Shown here in pieces: positions 1 to 12,050 of a DNA stretch of 64,000 nt. The DNA is taken from assembly GCA_034226945.1 (NCBI GenBank), contig CP120462.1, positions 806,001 through 870,000 on the forward strand, given 5' to 3'. The position numbers and the translations under genes were made by a program. Position 1 is the first letter of the stretch. Each line of letters begins with the position of its first letter. Source of the DNA: Picochlorum sp. SENEW3. Lineage: Eukaryota. The notes below the pieces were generated by a model. The model saw only the letters and a list, made by a program, of their open reading frames with translations, was not told the DNA's origin and did not search any database.

Positions 1-1314
1 GAGGAGGAGACGGAATCTGCGTATACTAGAAATCCAGAGGCCAATAGAAGGGCATCTTTGTCCAGTGTGGAGGATGTGTGGGAGGAAGCGTGGAGACCGC
101 TTCGTGAGCCACAGGATGATGCATCTCCATCTAGCAAAGATGACACGGTGGATGAAAAAAAGCCCCGTGTATGGGTAGATGCTGTTGCTGATGAAGAAGT
201 CCATGCTCTATTACATATTAGTATGTCGTATATTGAGGAGCATGTTCGAGGGATTGGGAGTTTGGATGTAGGGATGAATGGTGGCAAGGAGATGATGATT
301 GAGGGACTGCTGTGGAGGGCTGCCAAGGCATCTGCATCCATGTGGCTTGGGTATGTTCCAAGCATACTGCAGTCTATGAGTGCTTTGAAAAGAGCTAGAG
401 AAGATGGAGGGTACCAAATTATTCGCGTCGATACAAAAGTGGCCATGTATTATTCCGTGTTGAGGCTGATGACATCAACTGGGCTTGATAGCTCTCGGGA
501 AACAAATCAGTCTGCTGCTGAACTTCAGGATGTTGGCCAAGCAGGTCTGATAGAATCGTCGCTTTCACTGCGCTCATGGCAGTTGACTCCGAAGCAGAAC
601 ACGATGGAAGATGCGGTAACGCAACAGCTGCAAAGGAAGACTCCTTCTGTTGTTGGGAGTGAATTGCTTTCTGTGGCACCGACTGTTCTGCAAGATATGG
701 CAGTCACCGTTGCTGATATCGTTTGTGCCGCGTATATCAATGATGTCGTGAAAGGATCTCCATCATGTATTCCAAGTTCGTCATACTCGTCGAAGGATGA
801 CGATAAAGAAACAAACCAGTACCCAGTTCTATTGGAAATGTCATTATGGCCATCATTGTTACACAGCAGAATGACATCCACGCGGGACATTCAAAATTTT
901 ACAAACTCTTTATACTTTCATAGATTTCTAGATGAATATATATACCAGATTGCTGCGATATATGAGGATAGATTACCGGTATACATGCTGCAGGTTGGAG
1001 ATGATGCATTGGCAACAATACACAGTACTAATATTCAGATGAGAAGGGCTACCGAATTAGCGCAATTGACCGGTGTGAAATACGCGATAAGTTTAGTCAT
1101 TGAAGCTCTTGATTTTATCCGACCCATGATGGACAAGGCCTTGGTATGGGTAAAATCAGCCGTTGTATGGATTCTCAGGAACATTATTGGCAACGCCATT
1201 GGTCTGGTGCTTGAAGGAATGCAACAGTCCTCGCTTACAAAGAAGAATGCACGTGCAAAGAAAAAGAGTAGGTCTTCAAATAAAACTGATATGAACATTA
1301 TAAAACCCGCCTGA
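1..1314 (+). CDS. DUF3685 / Ycf55-like protein, 5'-truncated by the window edge
   Basis: Frame open from base 1. C-terminal AIYEDR...RRATELAQLTG...EALDFIRP...IIGNAIGLVLEGMQQS matches the recalled DUF3685 C-terminus. Confidence 0.7.
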   Translation, partial: EEETESAYTRNPEANRRASLSSVEDVWEEAWRPLREPQDDASPSSKDDTVDEKKPRVWVDAVADEEVHALLHISMSYIEEHVRGIGSLDVGMNGGKEMMIEGLLWRAAKASASMWLGYVPSILQSMSALKRAREDGGYQIIRVDTKVAMYYSVLRLMTSTGLDSSRETNQSAAELQDVGQAGLIESSLSLRSWQLTPKQNTMEDAVTQQLQRKTPSVVGSELLSVAPTVLQDMAVTVADIVCAAYINDVVKGSPSCIPSSSYSSKDDDKETNQYPVLLEMSLWPSLLHSRMTSTRDIQNFTNSLYFHRFLDEYIYQIAAIYEDRLPVYMLQVGDDALATIHSTNIQMRRATELAQLTGVKYAISLVIEALDFIRPMMDKALVWVKSAVVWILRNIIGNAIGLVLEGMQQSSLTKKNARAKKKSRSSNKTDMNIIKPA

Positions 1315-1360
1315 AGCGTGTTGGATTATTTAATACTGAATACTACTATGTGATTCATCA

Positions 1361-2991
1361 TCATCTGGACGAATACCTCAACACTGCCTCTTCAAAAGCT
1401 GCAGAGGCAGATGATAAAAGCCTTTCATTGAAATTATGTTGCATTCGTGGAAGGGGCAAATCGTTCGGTGGAAAGATGAACGGAGACTCCAAATCGCGTG
1501 CCACCTCATTAAGAGTCCAAAACGTAACCACTGATAAAAGGTCCAACGTCACAGCCAACCACACAGACTCAACCCAGGCAACCATCAGTATAGGAGACGT
1601 CAGCGTATAAATAAGCAAGAAAACCACCATTGCTTGCGCCCATGGAAAAGGAAAGGGCGTGTCAACGAGAGCACGGCATTGTTCAAATGCCTCAAATCCT
1701 TCTGAAAGCGCTCTCCAGACTGCCATTCCTGTTGGAGGAGCAATTGCCTTCCACCCATACTCCTGATCGCTTCGCTGAGAAAGCATCGTCTGGACCCAGG
1801 AAAATGCAGTGTACACTCGCTCCTGAGCACCTATCACGTACATGCCCGTCTGTTGCTGAAACACCCTTCCAATAAGAGAGACTGGCTTGGCAAGTCGAGG
1901 AGACTTTGGCTCGTCTGAATTTGCAATCGAGGCACGAGGACTTTCACCTGCGACCACCCCATTATCCATCGAGGCTAATTCAGATCCCACTTCACTCTCA
2001 TGAAACGCCGACAAGGCATCAACATCGACGCTCTTTCGTCTCTCAAGTGATGACGGTGCATTGGTCATTTGTCGGTCATATCCCCCAAACGTTGTCTCAA
2101 ACTGCTTCTCTGCAAACGCTTCAAACTGATATCCTAGAGAAATCAACTCTTCATGTGTCACGGATCCACCTTTAATCGCCAAATTAGCTCCTGTATCCTC
2201 CTTTGAAGCTCCGGGAATCACAGGAAGTGGTGCCATGGCTGCATATTCCAGTGACTCTTCAGCAGACGCTGGAAGGGCAAAGTAATGCTTCAACGCCCAG
2301 GACCAATTCACTAAAGCCGCCGCATCTTCCGGAGGAGGATCACATCCAGGCTCGTGCGGGTATAGATTCGACAACATCCAATCAACCCTCAAGTGCTGCA
2401 AACACAATGCATGCAACAAACTAAACTTGTGCAACAACATTGTCTTGAACGCTTCATACCGCCGAGTCGCCGCCGTATACGTCCTAGGATCAACAGTCTT
2501 TGGATCAAAACGAATACACGGCGCAAACACCAACTCCTCCATCTCCTCATAATCTCCTGTATGCCTGCCCAACCGAGACGCTGTATCTGCAGCTTCAAAC
2601 GCAAGCATTGTCGAGCAAGCATTTGCCCAACGAGCAGACATTGCTTGCAACTGATTTCTACCCGTCACAAAACGCCCATAGGCAAAGTTTGATCGAAACA
2701 CGAGGATAAATCCAATGATGAAACCTAAATTATTGTACACAAATGGGTGCCCCTTGTTCGCCCAGACCTCGTAAAAGTAATCATGACCAGGAAAGTACCA
2801 CAGCAACGCAGTCAGACCAGCAGAAAACAAACTAAATGGTAATACTCTGGGAAATGCACTCCCAAATAATCTGCTCAGAAACACAAAAGTCTGTTGTTAC
2901 CTTTCTTCAGACCCAGAAAAACGAGAGGACAATTTCAACCATACCGTAGAATCAAATGAAGACCCCAAAATTCTTTGGAATAAATAATCAT
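1361..2991 (-). CDS. Bestrophin-family (RFP-TM/UPF0187) anion channel, 2 exons
   Basis: Motifs GFILVFRSNFAYGRF, TPFPFPWAQ, ARDLESPF..PNDLPL. Exon 1 is 2991-2945 (MIIYSKEFWGLHLILR), followed by a GT-AG intron joined to LFGSAFPR. Confidence 0.85.
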
Positions 2992-3162
2992 TGTTATTCT
3001 GATGGCGATATAACCATCCAATACAATGAAACGATAAAGCACTCTGGGATTTTCACGTATCCAAGTCAACTCGAGTCATGTTTTGACAATATGCTCACTA
3101 CAGTGTACCTGTCTTCTCATCCAACTATCAATGTAATGATTACAAACAAAAATAGACAATGC

Positions 3163-4446
3163 TTAACACTTTGGATCGGGTCTTTGGTCCGAATCTTCAT
3201 CCATAGATTCGAGCATTTCATGCACTTCTGGGGTTCTCTTGTATGAAGTCGTGCCATTGGATGCAGACAGTCCTCTTGGCACCCAGCTTGTCGTACACAT
3301 GTCTGGTGTACATCCTTGAAGGATTTTCATACTTTCATCGCTCAGTTTGTACAGTGCTTTTGTATGAATCCATGTGGCTGGTCCACCTGGGCGGGTGGAA
3401 TCATCTGGTACAATTCTTTCCAACACAATTGGCACAGCATTTGGGGGATTATAGACCCCCATGAATTGGTCGACAGTCCAATGGAACCACCTCATGAGGA
3501 ATATTCGAGAGGCGAGTCCGTGGGTGACCAGGACAAGGGAGGAGTCTCCTGAGAATCTACCAGCATTGATATCCCGCACCAAGTGATCTTCAAACAGCGT
3601 CATCCTATCATACACATCTGCTCCAGATTCACCGTTCGGAAATCTATAGAAAAATCTTCCAAAACGAAGCCTTTCGGCTTTCTCTCGTCGCTTCCCTTCA
3701 GCATCCTGAAAGTTGCCAAAATCTTGCTCTCTGAGCTGTACTTCTTCCTGAACACCAGCAATATTTGATACACCAAATGCTTCTGAGACGCCTTCATACG
3801 TCTGCTTACTCCGTAAATACGGCGACGTATAGAAGAATAATTTGCTATCACTTGCAATATCTTTAATCATCCTTCCTGCGTTGAACGCCTGCCTCCACCC
3901 AGTCTTGGTCAATGGAACCTGAGGATCTGGCAGATAGGTATACGCTTGATTATTCACGTTGCCTTCACTCTCTGCATGCCGTACTAATATAATCTTCTTT
4001 GGCAATATTCTATGATCTCTCGGCGTCGCCCCTGTGGATGTTGAATGATATCGAGCATCAAAAAGACCAACCAACCTTCTGTCATGTATCGCAGCAGTGC
4101 TCATCTGTTTCCGAGCCTCGTCGTCCTGAGCGGCCAACTTGTCCAACACCGGAGACCTATCACGAGTGTCTTTCCCAGGCACCACAGCCTTGGCGAAAGA
4201 CCCCATCACCTCCTGCATCTCTTCAATCATAGCCTGCTGCTTCTCAATCATCTTCTGCTGAGAGTCCACAAGACTCTTCAGCTCCTCCATACCCATCGCA
4301 TCAGCCTTTATAGAATGCGCATGGTGTATCCAAGGGCGTCTTCTGTCAGCAACCCGCACCATCCTACCAGAGTGTACCCTTGGACTTGTGTACAGGTGGG
4401 ACACCGGATGCATTGCATCCGCTCTGTGAGCGCCATGCACCATCAT
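3163..4446 (-). CDS. Histidine phosphatase / phosphoglycerate mutase-like (AT74/Det1 type)
   Basis: IILVRHAESEGN, YTSPYLRSKQT, LREQDFGNFQ, RFPNGESGADVYDR, LVTHG. Start ATG uncertain. Confidence 0.85.
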   Translation of the reverse strand: MMVHGAHRADAMHPVSHLYTSPRVHSGRMVRVADRRRPWIHHAHSIKADAMGMEELKSLVDSQQKMIEKQQAMIEEMQEVMGSFAKAVVPGKDTRDRSPVLDKLAAQDDEARKQMSTAAIHDRRLVGLFDARYHSTSTGATPRDHRILPKKIILVRHAESEGNVNNQAYTYLPDPQVPLTKTGWRQAFNAGRMIKDIASDSKLFFYTSPYLRSKQTYEGVSEAFGVSNIAGVQEEVQLREQDFGNFQDAEGKRREKAERLRFGRFFYRFPNGESGADVYDRMTLFEDHLVRDINAGRFSGDSSLVLVTHGLASRIFLMRWFHWTVDQFMGVYNPPNAVPIVLERIVPDDSTRPGGPATWIHTKALYKLSDESMKILQGCTPDMCTTSWVPRGLSASNGTTSYKRTPEVHEMLESMDEDSDQRPDPKC

Positions 4447-5099
4447 CTTCACCTCCCTCAGTCGATACACCAGTCTATCGACAATACATACACTACTACT
4501 CAAAATCCCACCACAGCTGTGGTATCATGCATGAATGAACACAAAAGCCTCTCACACCAGAATATTCCGTTTCTGTACCCACAACAACACGGCGTCATGT
4601 CCACTCGTTTCACCCATGAATACACACATTGTGATATATATAATCTATAACTCGTGCTATATGGCAAGCAATGGCATCCAAATGGAGAATGCGTTGCCCT
4701 GTTGTTGGAGAACCGAGGGTTAGGGATTGAGCACAGCAGCACACGTACCTCACAGTGGGGTTCTACTATTGTATTTTAAAATGATTTTTATACTCTTCAG
4801 CGCAGATGCATGCGGCATGAATGAAGGTCCAAGGTCTGAATTTTTGTGTTGAATGATCTATTTAACGAGAAAACCCCCCGATGGCCTTCATGCACCGACT
4901 AATATTCCTCACAATGTCTGATCAGAGATCTAAAATTATATCTAAGTAGTACATTCTATCAGAGAATCGCATTGATAACATTACGCGTGTGATCTCTGGA
5001 ATCAGTAGAACGTCGTCATCGTAGTAGAACTGATCGGCCGAGTGTTGTCTATTTCGATCGACACTTTCACCCATATAAACAAATATTTATCAAGTGCTG

Positions 5100-7250
5100 A
5101 TGAGCTTTGGGTTGGTTGCGCGTCATTGGTGCACGAGAAATTTACAGAGGAGTGTTTGTACCCAAAATACGTTTGTCTCGTGTGTGCCTGGTCGATTTCT
5201 TGAAAGCAGGCGTTATAGAGCATCAGGTCCATTTTCTAGGTATTCCTCACGACAGAGTGCACGGTATTCGAGCGGCAGACATTGTGTGGTGACGATGAGT
5301 GCTGTACAAGAGGCAGTGAGTGCCAAACTTGGGGGATTGCGGAATGTGATGAAGGGATTGGGGGTGGATGCGTTCATCATTCCATCTGAGGATCCGCATA
5401 TGAGTGAGTATCCTCCGGATTGTCATGCAAGAAGGGAATTTATTTCAGGGTTTGATGGGTCTGCTGGGACTGCTGTGGTGACTCATGATGTTGCTGCATT
5501 GTGGACAGATGGGAGATACTTCTTGCAGGCTGGGGAGCAGCTGTCTTCTGAATGGACGTTGATGAAGGCAGGAACTCCTGGGGTTCCAGATGTACGTTCT
5601 CTTATAGTAGAATAATAATGTGTATTCGTCAGCTTGATACATACCTCAACCTGAGAATTTATTGTGTTCTGTATGTAGATTAAAGATTGGCTGGTGTCAA
5701 CGCTGAAAGAAGGATCAAAGGTTGGTATTGACCCAACTGTGCATACTATTGATTCTGCAGAAGCTTTGAAGAAGCATTTGGAAGAGTCTGGAATGGAGTT
5801 GGTGTCATTGAGCGAGAACCCAGTTGATCAGGCATGGGGGGCTGAGCGTCCAGCGGCGCCCAAGGCTGGGCTTCGCATTCACGACATGAAATGGGCTGGA
5901 ATGTCTCCAGCTGATAAAATCAGTCAGATGAGGGCAGAGATGAAGGAGGCTGGGGCAGATGCCCTTGCTGTGACCATGCTTGATGAGGTTGCTTGGCTTT
6001 TGAATCTCAGAGGATCTGATGTACCATACAATCCAGTATTTCTATCATACGTTATCATTACAGATTCTGAAGCCATGTTGTTCATTGACGCTGACAAGGT
6101 TGATGACGCAATTTCCAAACATTTGGCAGAGGCCAAGGTGACTGTCAAGCCATATGCTGAGGCATTTGATGCTGTTCTGGCTATTGCTAAGAAAGGTGGA
6201 AAGATCTGGATGGATCCATCAAAAGTTAGTTTTGCTATGAAAGTGTCGGCGTTGGAAGGCGCGGAGAAACAAACCGGCGGGAGAAAGAGGTCTCGTCCAT
6301 CATCTCCCATACTTGCACGAGCATCACCAGTCAGTCAGGCCAAGGGTGTCAAAAATGTGGCAGAGCTCGAGGGCCATAAGGAAGCACATCTGCGCGATGG
6401 TGTGGCTTTGGCCAAATTCTTGTGCTGGCTGGAAAAGACGATTGCATCAGGAAAGACGCTGACCGAGGTGGAGATTGATGAACATCTGACTGGATACAGA
6501 GCTGCTCAGGAAGGATTTGTCGAGCCATCATTCCCAACTATTGCTGGAGCAGGACCGAACGGAGCCATCATTCACTACCGAGCACAACCTGGAACTTGCA
6601 AGACTGTAGAGGCCAACACCTTGCTCTTGGTGGATTCTGGAGGTCAGTATGACTGTGGAACCACAGATATCACCAGAACAATGCACTTTGGAACACCAAC
6701 AGAGCACCAAAAAGCGTGTTTCACTGCAGTGCTGCAGGGGCACATTCAACTGGACCAGGTTGTGTATCCTGAAGGAACGCCAGGATGCGCCCTTGATACG
6801 CTTGCAAGATCTCCCCTGTGGCGCATGGGTCTCAACTACAGACACGGAACAGGCCATGGTGTTGGTGCTGCACTCAACGTGCACGAAGGACCACAATCAA
6901 TCAGCCATCGTTTTGGAAACACACAGCCCCTCCTCCCTGGAATGGTATGCTCCAATGAGCCTGGATATTACGAAGATGGCGCCTTTGGAATCAGAATTGA
7001 AAACCTCTTTGTGATTGTCGAGGCACCAACAACCTTTAGGTTCGCAGGACAGTCGTACTACGGATCTAGCAGACTCACCATGTGTCCTATTCAAAAGAAA
7101 ATGATGAATAAAGAGATGATGTCGCCCTCCGAGATTGAATGGGTGAACACCTATCATCAGCAAGTCTACCAAGCCCTCGCTCCACGGCTTGAGGCTGAGA
7201 ATGCATCAGAGGAATTGGAATGGCTCGCGCAGGCCACCTCTCCATTGTAA
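5100..7250 (+). CDS. Xaa-Pro aminopeptidase P (M24B) with organellar transit peptide, 2 exons
   Basis: PSEDPHMSEY, LWTDGRYFLQA, DSGGQY..GTTDITRT, HGTGHGVG..LNVHEGP, SNEPGYY..GIRIEN. Intron 5592-5678. Confidence 0.93.
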
Positions 7251-7476
7251 TCATCCGCATTATGTAACATAAAGCATCGTCTCACGCTTTCCATTTGTAA
7301 CCGGGGGATTTCCAATCAATAATTGGTACACAAGAGTACTGCTCAGTGGTTGTAGTGCACCCCACATATGTTAGGGTATTTCATCATGATTGATTGTACC
7401 CTAGTCGCCTTCCTGCTTATTATCAAGTCCTAAAATCAATTATACAGTTATTATCGATTAAAATTAACGGTACATC

Positions 7477-8223
7477 ATGTCGGAAGCTTTAACCGAAGCC
7501 TGCACCCAAGGACAAGCCCTTTTGGATGACCTTCTCGGGACTGTTTCAGAGGAAAGCAGCCGTTTTGAAGCAAAGACTATTTCTCCAGCGTTTTTGGTAC
7601 GAATTTGATCATAGTATTTGGAGTTCATGGTTGAAATTATCGTGTCGACCCTGTCGAGCCATGAATGTCAATGTATTTCACTCCACCCTTCGCAGGCAAG
7701 CGCAAAATGCCTTGTATTTCTCAACTCTTGGAGAGCAGGTGTGTTTGCTGGGGGAGCGTATGGCACTGGGTTTGCCATTGCCAAATCCTCGTCTGGGTCA
7801 TGGACAGCACCCTGCTTTGTCACATTGAAAAAGCTCGAACTCGGTGCCTTTTTTGGGTATGAACAGAGTAGAACTCTGATGTCAGCGTTGACCAAATCCT
7901 CCATTCAAAAGTTGATTGATAACGAGTACACAGAGTTTGGATCAGACGTGACTGTTCAATTGTGGCCCGTGGCAGACCATGGCCCTAATGACCAGATATC
8001 TGTATCTCCATCTGACTGGGTGACAGCATCGTGCTCGACAGGAATCATCTTTGATTTCTCTTTATCAGGTGGTGGTATGAGGATTGATGACGAGAAAAAT
8101 CATGCCGTGTATGGAGAAGGGGTTTCAGCTGCAGATTTATTGGGTGGCTCTGTGGATAAGCCAAAGGAAATGATTCCTTTGTATCAAAAGATCACTGCCA
8201 TTTCAAAGATGGCATTGCAGTGA
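7477..8223 (+). CDS. SYLF/Ysc84 lipid-binding domain protein, 2 exons
   Basis: AKCLVFL..RAGVFAGGAYGTGFAIAK..GSWTAP, and N..VYG..V.A.DLL.G.V..P..M..LY. Intron 7597-7695. Confidence 0.8.
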
Positions 8224-8264
8224 TTCTAGTAGTATATATGTACAATATTGGCGTTTTGAATTTG

Positions 8265-9679
8265 TTATAATATTGTTCGAGAGAGGGGTTTGAGTGCGAC
8301 ATCTTGGGGAGCCACAAAGCTCCACGCAAGAGCCCATCGAGAGGTTTTCCCCTGCACAAATTCTGTCGTCCGAACGACTGTTCTCCCAAGGTCGTGAATC
8401 ATCTTGCGAGCCATCTTCATGGTTGACTTTTTCCCGACCATGGATGAGAACCATGTACATGCTGTGGTATGCTTTGCTGAATCCCAAATCATATTCTTGA
8501 TAAATGCTTCCTCACCTCCAGGGTAGACCATTTCCATGGATACCCCACCAAATGCCGTTTTTGGATTCTTCCCTGCTTCTTCCTCTCTGCTGAAGAATGG
8601 TGGGTTGCACATGCATGCATCCAATTCGCCATCACCATCTCTGATACAAGAGCTAATGATTCCCTTTGGGTTCTTCGTCTCACCATCATCAGGCTGTTGT
8701 TGACATGGCTGCATGGATACCAGTCTGAGATGGATGAGGGGAGCAAGATCTGGGTTTGCTTCTCTATTCCTTGCAGCCACTCGAAGCGCATCAGCATTCA
8801 CATCACATCCAATACACCTCCATCCTACATATGAGGCTCCAAGCAATGGATAAATGAGATTTGCACCACATCCAATATCCAAAATACACCGTCTTTCAGT
8901 CCGATGACGACTCCAAAGCGACAAGACATCATCCAACCAACAGATATAGTTGAGTCGGTTTGCCAATGGTGGTACAAGATAGGGTGGATCAAGACTCCAC
9001 TCTATGCCAAAATCATGATGCAGTTGTACTCGAACAAGCTCACGACACGCATCATCGTCCTGAAAATCAATGCTGATTCTTCTGCAACCCTCATCCGAGG
9101 AGGCAGCAGCAGCAGCAGCAGTAGATGTGTTAACTGCTGTCGTCTTTAAAAAGGGCTTTAGGCTGGGATACAGTCGACTCAATTCCACAAAATCAGGCTT
9201 TTCTATGCTATAGATATTTTTAGGATGCATTCTTCTTCTTTTCGGACACCATTCTCTCTCTTGAACATCTAGTTTCCTCTTTTTCTTTTGAATACTCGTC
9301 TCCCCTCGCTGCTGTTGTGAAATTTCTCCTCCTTTTTTGTCTTCTTTGCTTGCTCCAGGAAGAACCGGAGAAGAAGGAGATGATGTTACTTCTAGCAACG
9401 ATTCATATACACGATACCGTATCTACACGCAATGTATATATATACAAACTGATAGAGAAAATGAGAGATCACCTTCCACCTTCCTCCCACGCATACACAC
9501 AAAGAGAGCAGCAGCACAGAGGAAAGAAAAAGTAGTAACACAGAGTCAAAGACACGATAGATACACACCTGTTGCACCTCCTCATTCAATGGATCCTCCC
9601 GAAGAACAGCATGCAACTCGTGCAAACACTCTTTCAACTCCCCTTCCTGCTCTTCTATTCTACTGCCTTCCTTCTGCAT
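8265..9679 (-). CDS. METTL16/FIONA1-like RNA m6A methyltransferase (RlmF family), 2 exons
   Basis: MHPKNIY, LVPPLANRLNYI.W, LDIGCGANLIYPLLG, CMCNPPFF, WFSSMVGKK, QGKTSRWALAWSF. Proposed exon 1 is 9679-9569, intron 9568-9423. Confidence 0.88.
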
Positions 9680-9904
9680 ACTGTATGCCTACTCCATTCG
9701 CACCACACATGCAATCATTACAGATAAATATATATGTGATGAAATGCGTGCATCAAAGCACGCATTTCATGGCAATTGGCCTGTTTTATTCGTAGTATTC
9801 CGTAAATAGTGATATTAAAGAATTTCAAAACAACTGCATCGATTGTTAAAAATTCATCGTGGCTCCCATGACGGTCGCATCACATCTTTAATAAAAAATA
9901 CAGT

Positions 9905-10325
9905 ATGAGAAGAATAGCACAGAGTCTCGGACCCCTCGCCCGTCGAATGACCACACCCAACGGAGGGGGTCTTCGTCGATATGCTGCTGGTGGGTTTCCT
10001 TATTATTCCTTGCCTAATACGAGTACGTAATCAATTAAACTAACATCAATAAGCATATGGTGTATAATGCAGATGCGCATGGAGAGGTCAAGTATAATTG
10101 TTGGGAAAAGCCCACCCAGATTGCTGAATGGAAAGAAGAACACGTACGTGCTTTTTTAACAACACGTATTCATGGATGACTACTTCAACAAAAAACAAAG
10201 AAGCATGTGTGATGCAGATTGTGATTGCGGTATTGGCTGGGTGGGGTATTGGTATTTCGACAGCACTCAAGGTCTTTGGGGGAGAAAAGAAGGAAGAGCC
10301 TGAAGCAGCAGCAGCTCAAGCATGA
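9905..10325 (+). CDS. Small single-TM mitochondrial protein (plant-type WKEEH motif), 3 exons; possible respiratory-complex subunit
   Basis: Spliced product (introns 9990-10072, 10144-10217) is MRRIAQSLG...DAHGEVKYNCWEKPTQIAEWKEEHIVIAVLAGWGIG...; Arg-rich presequence plus one TM helix. Confidence 0.7.
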
Positions 10326-10355
10326 TATTTTTACACACCATGTAATGTCATCGTA

Positions 10356-11795
10356 TCATGAAGCATCATCACCAGCCTGGCGAGGAGGGAATGCCTCTGA
10401 TTTTGGAGGAACGGGCAGGCCTTCTGGGTCCTGCTCCATTTCAAAGGGTGAAATATCCCAATACCGATCAAAGGCTTTGAATTTGACTTCTCCTTTCCAT
10501 ACCTCTTGTGGCTGCAAACGAACAGGTCGTGCTTTTCGAGCAGCGGTAATGCTCATGGCGTTGGCCCCGGGGGTGTGCGACAAGAGGATGTCAGAAAACC
10601 CCGTCTGATTACGAACATCCATGTGATGCTGTGTCCCTGGACAGAAGAGCACTTCTCCATCCTTTGGGCAATCCACATACAATCTATTCATGGTGTTCTT
10701 CCGAGAAGGATCTATTTTAATAAAATGATCATTCTCAATATCCAGCGCAGGCATCATGGGATCTTTGGAGTAATCCAACACATACTTGCCAACCAACCCG
10801 CTCACTTTGATGGTCTCTGCGCACTCCTCCAAGGGCTCCGTCGCAAACCTCGCCATCGCGCCGGAAGTAAATTTCAGTTCATCATTCTCGCTCGTATTCA
10901 TAATAGACAGCTCGTATGTCACCACAAAGGTTGGCCCACACTCGTACACATCCTCCTCATCAGCATCCTCATCACTGCTCCCTGATGATGACCCATCCGC
11001 CTTTTTCTTCTTCGACTTCTTCTTCGCAGCTTCCGCCTCTCCCTCCGCCTCCCGCCTCTCTCGAAGAGCGTCCAGCTTTGTCTGCGCAGCAGCATGCCTC
11101 TTGGCCTCATCCTTCTCATCCAACCCCAAGCTAATACTCAGCACCGCCTGAAACGGATGAGAAAACTCCTCCGTCATCGGAGATTGAGATACATCATCAT
11201 GATCAGCATATAATGTAACAGAAGGACACGGGTCCCCATCGCTATCGTAATAACTCGTCTCCGCAACAGACCAATGCACATGCTGCAACACCCCATTCGC
11301 ACTGGGCAAAGGCCCAGACCCCAGCTGCGGCCATGCCACAGTAATACCCCCAGTTATAGCCATCTCCCCATCATATCTATTCGATCCATCCAATGACAGC
11401 ATCTCAGTCCCACCCGGTCGCTTCCAACTCGTGACAGTGGCCCCATGCAAACAGACCGTCACGCAGGACCCCTCCGGATGCCGCAGTCGTACCACTGGGA
11501 GCTGATCATTACTGCTACTATTTCCATGAAATGATGGGCTATCGGATACAAATCCAAACTCAATGAGCCGAGGAACCGCGTATTCGGCATTGCAATGCTC
11601 GACGTATTCTGCAGGCGATGGTGGCGCCGCATAACACAGTATTCTTCTTCTATATTGACCTACTAAAGTACTATTGCTTGTATCTGGATGAATGCATGGC
11701 ACATTCTTGCTCCATCTGGGGTGGGTGGTCGACAACCCATGCACACCCACGAGAGTGGCTACAGGTCCTCTGCATCCATGATGAAACATCTTCAT
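10356..11795 (-). CDS. Aldose/glucose-6-phosphate 1-epimerase-like plastid protein (NDF5/PnsB2-like, degenerate active site)
   Basis: L.HP.GS...V.LHGATVTSWK, GGITVAWPQLG, PVRLQPQEVWKG; N-terminal transit-like peptide. Confidence 0.7.
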   Translation of the reverse strand: MKMFHHGCRGPVATLVGVHGLSTTHPRWSKNVPCIHPDTSNSTLVGQYRRRILCYAAPPSPAEYVEHCNAEYAVPRLIEFGFVSDSPSFHGNSSSNDQLPVVRLRHPEGSCVTVCLHGATVTSWKRPGGTEMLSLDGSNRYDGEMAITGGITVAWPQLGSGPLPSANGVLQHVHWSVAETSYYDSDGDPCPSVTLYADHDDVSQSPMTEEFSHPFQAVLSISLGLDEKDEAKRHAAAQTKLDALRERREAEGEAEAAKKKSKKKKADGSSSGSSDEDADEEDVYECGPTFVVTYELSIMNTSENDELKFTSGAMARFATEPLEECAETIKVSGLVGKYVLDYSKDPMMPALDIENDHFIKIDPSRKNTMNRLYVDCPKDGEVLFCPGTQHHMDVRNQTGFSDILLSHTPGANAMSITAARKARPVRLQPQEVWKGEVKFKAFDRYWDISPFEMEQDPEGLPVPPKSEAFPPRQAGDDAS

Positions 11796-11905
11796 CTTAC
11801 TACTACTACTACTACTGGTAGTGATTTTACACTATGTACATGTGGAATGAAGTACTTATACGAGTGTGGGACAGACCAATGTCTCTCTCAATTGACTCTA
11901 GAGTA

Positions 11906-11946
11906 AGATCTTGTAGAGAGATCTAGATCTCTCGCTCTAGAGATCT
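11906..11946. promoter_or_regulatory. AGATCT cluster and 18-bp palindrome in the divergent promoter upstream of RPL11
   Basis: Four AGATCT copies; perfect palindrome GAGAGATCTAGATCTCTC at 11916-11933. Confidence 0.35.
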
Positions 11947-12050
11947 GGACAGACATTCGGGAATGCAGCCTCTTATTGCGGCAGAGCAGAAACTCTCCTG
12001 TAATTACCCTCTCATCCATCGTTAAATCATATTATAAATAGAACATCACC

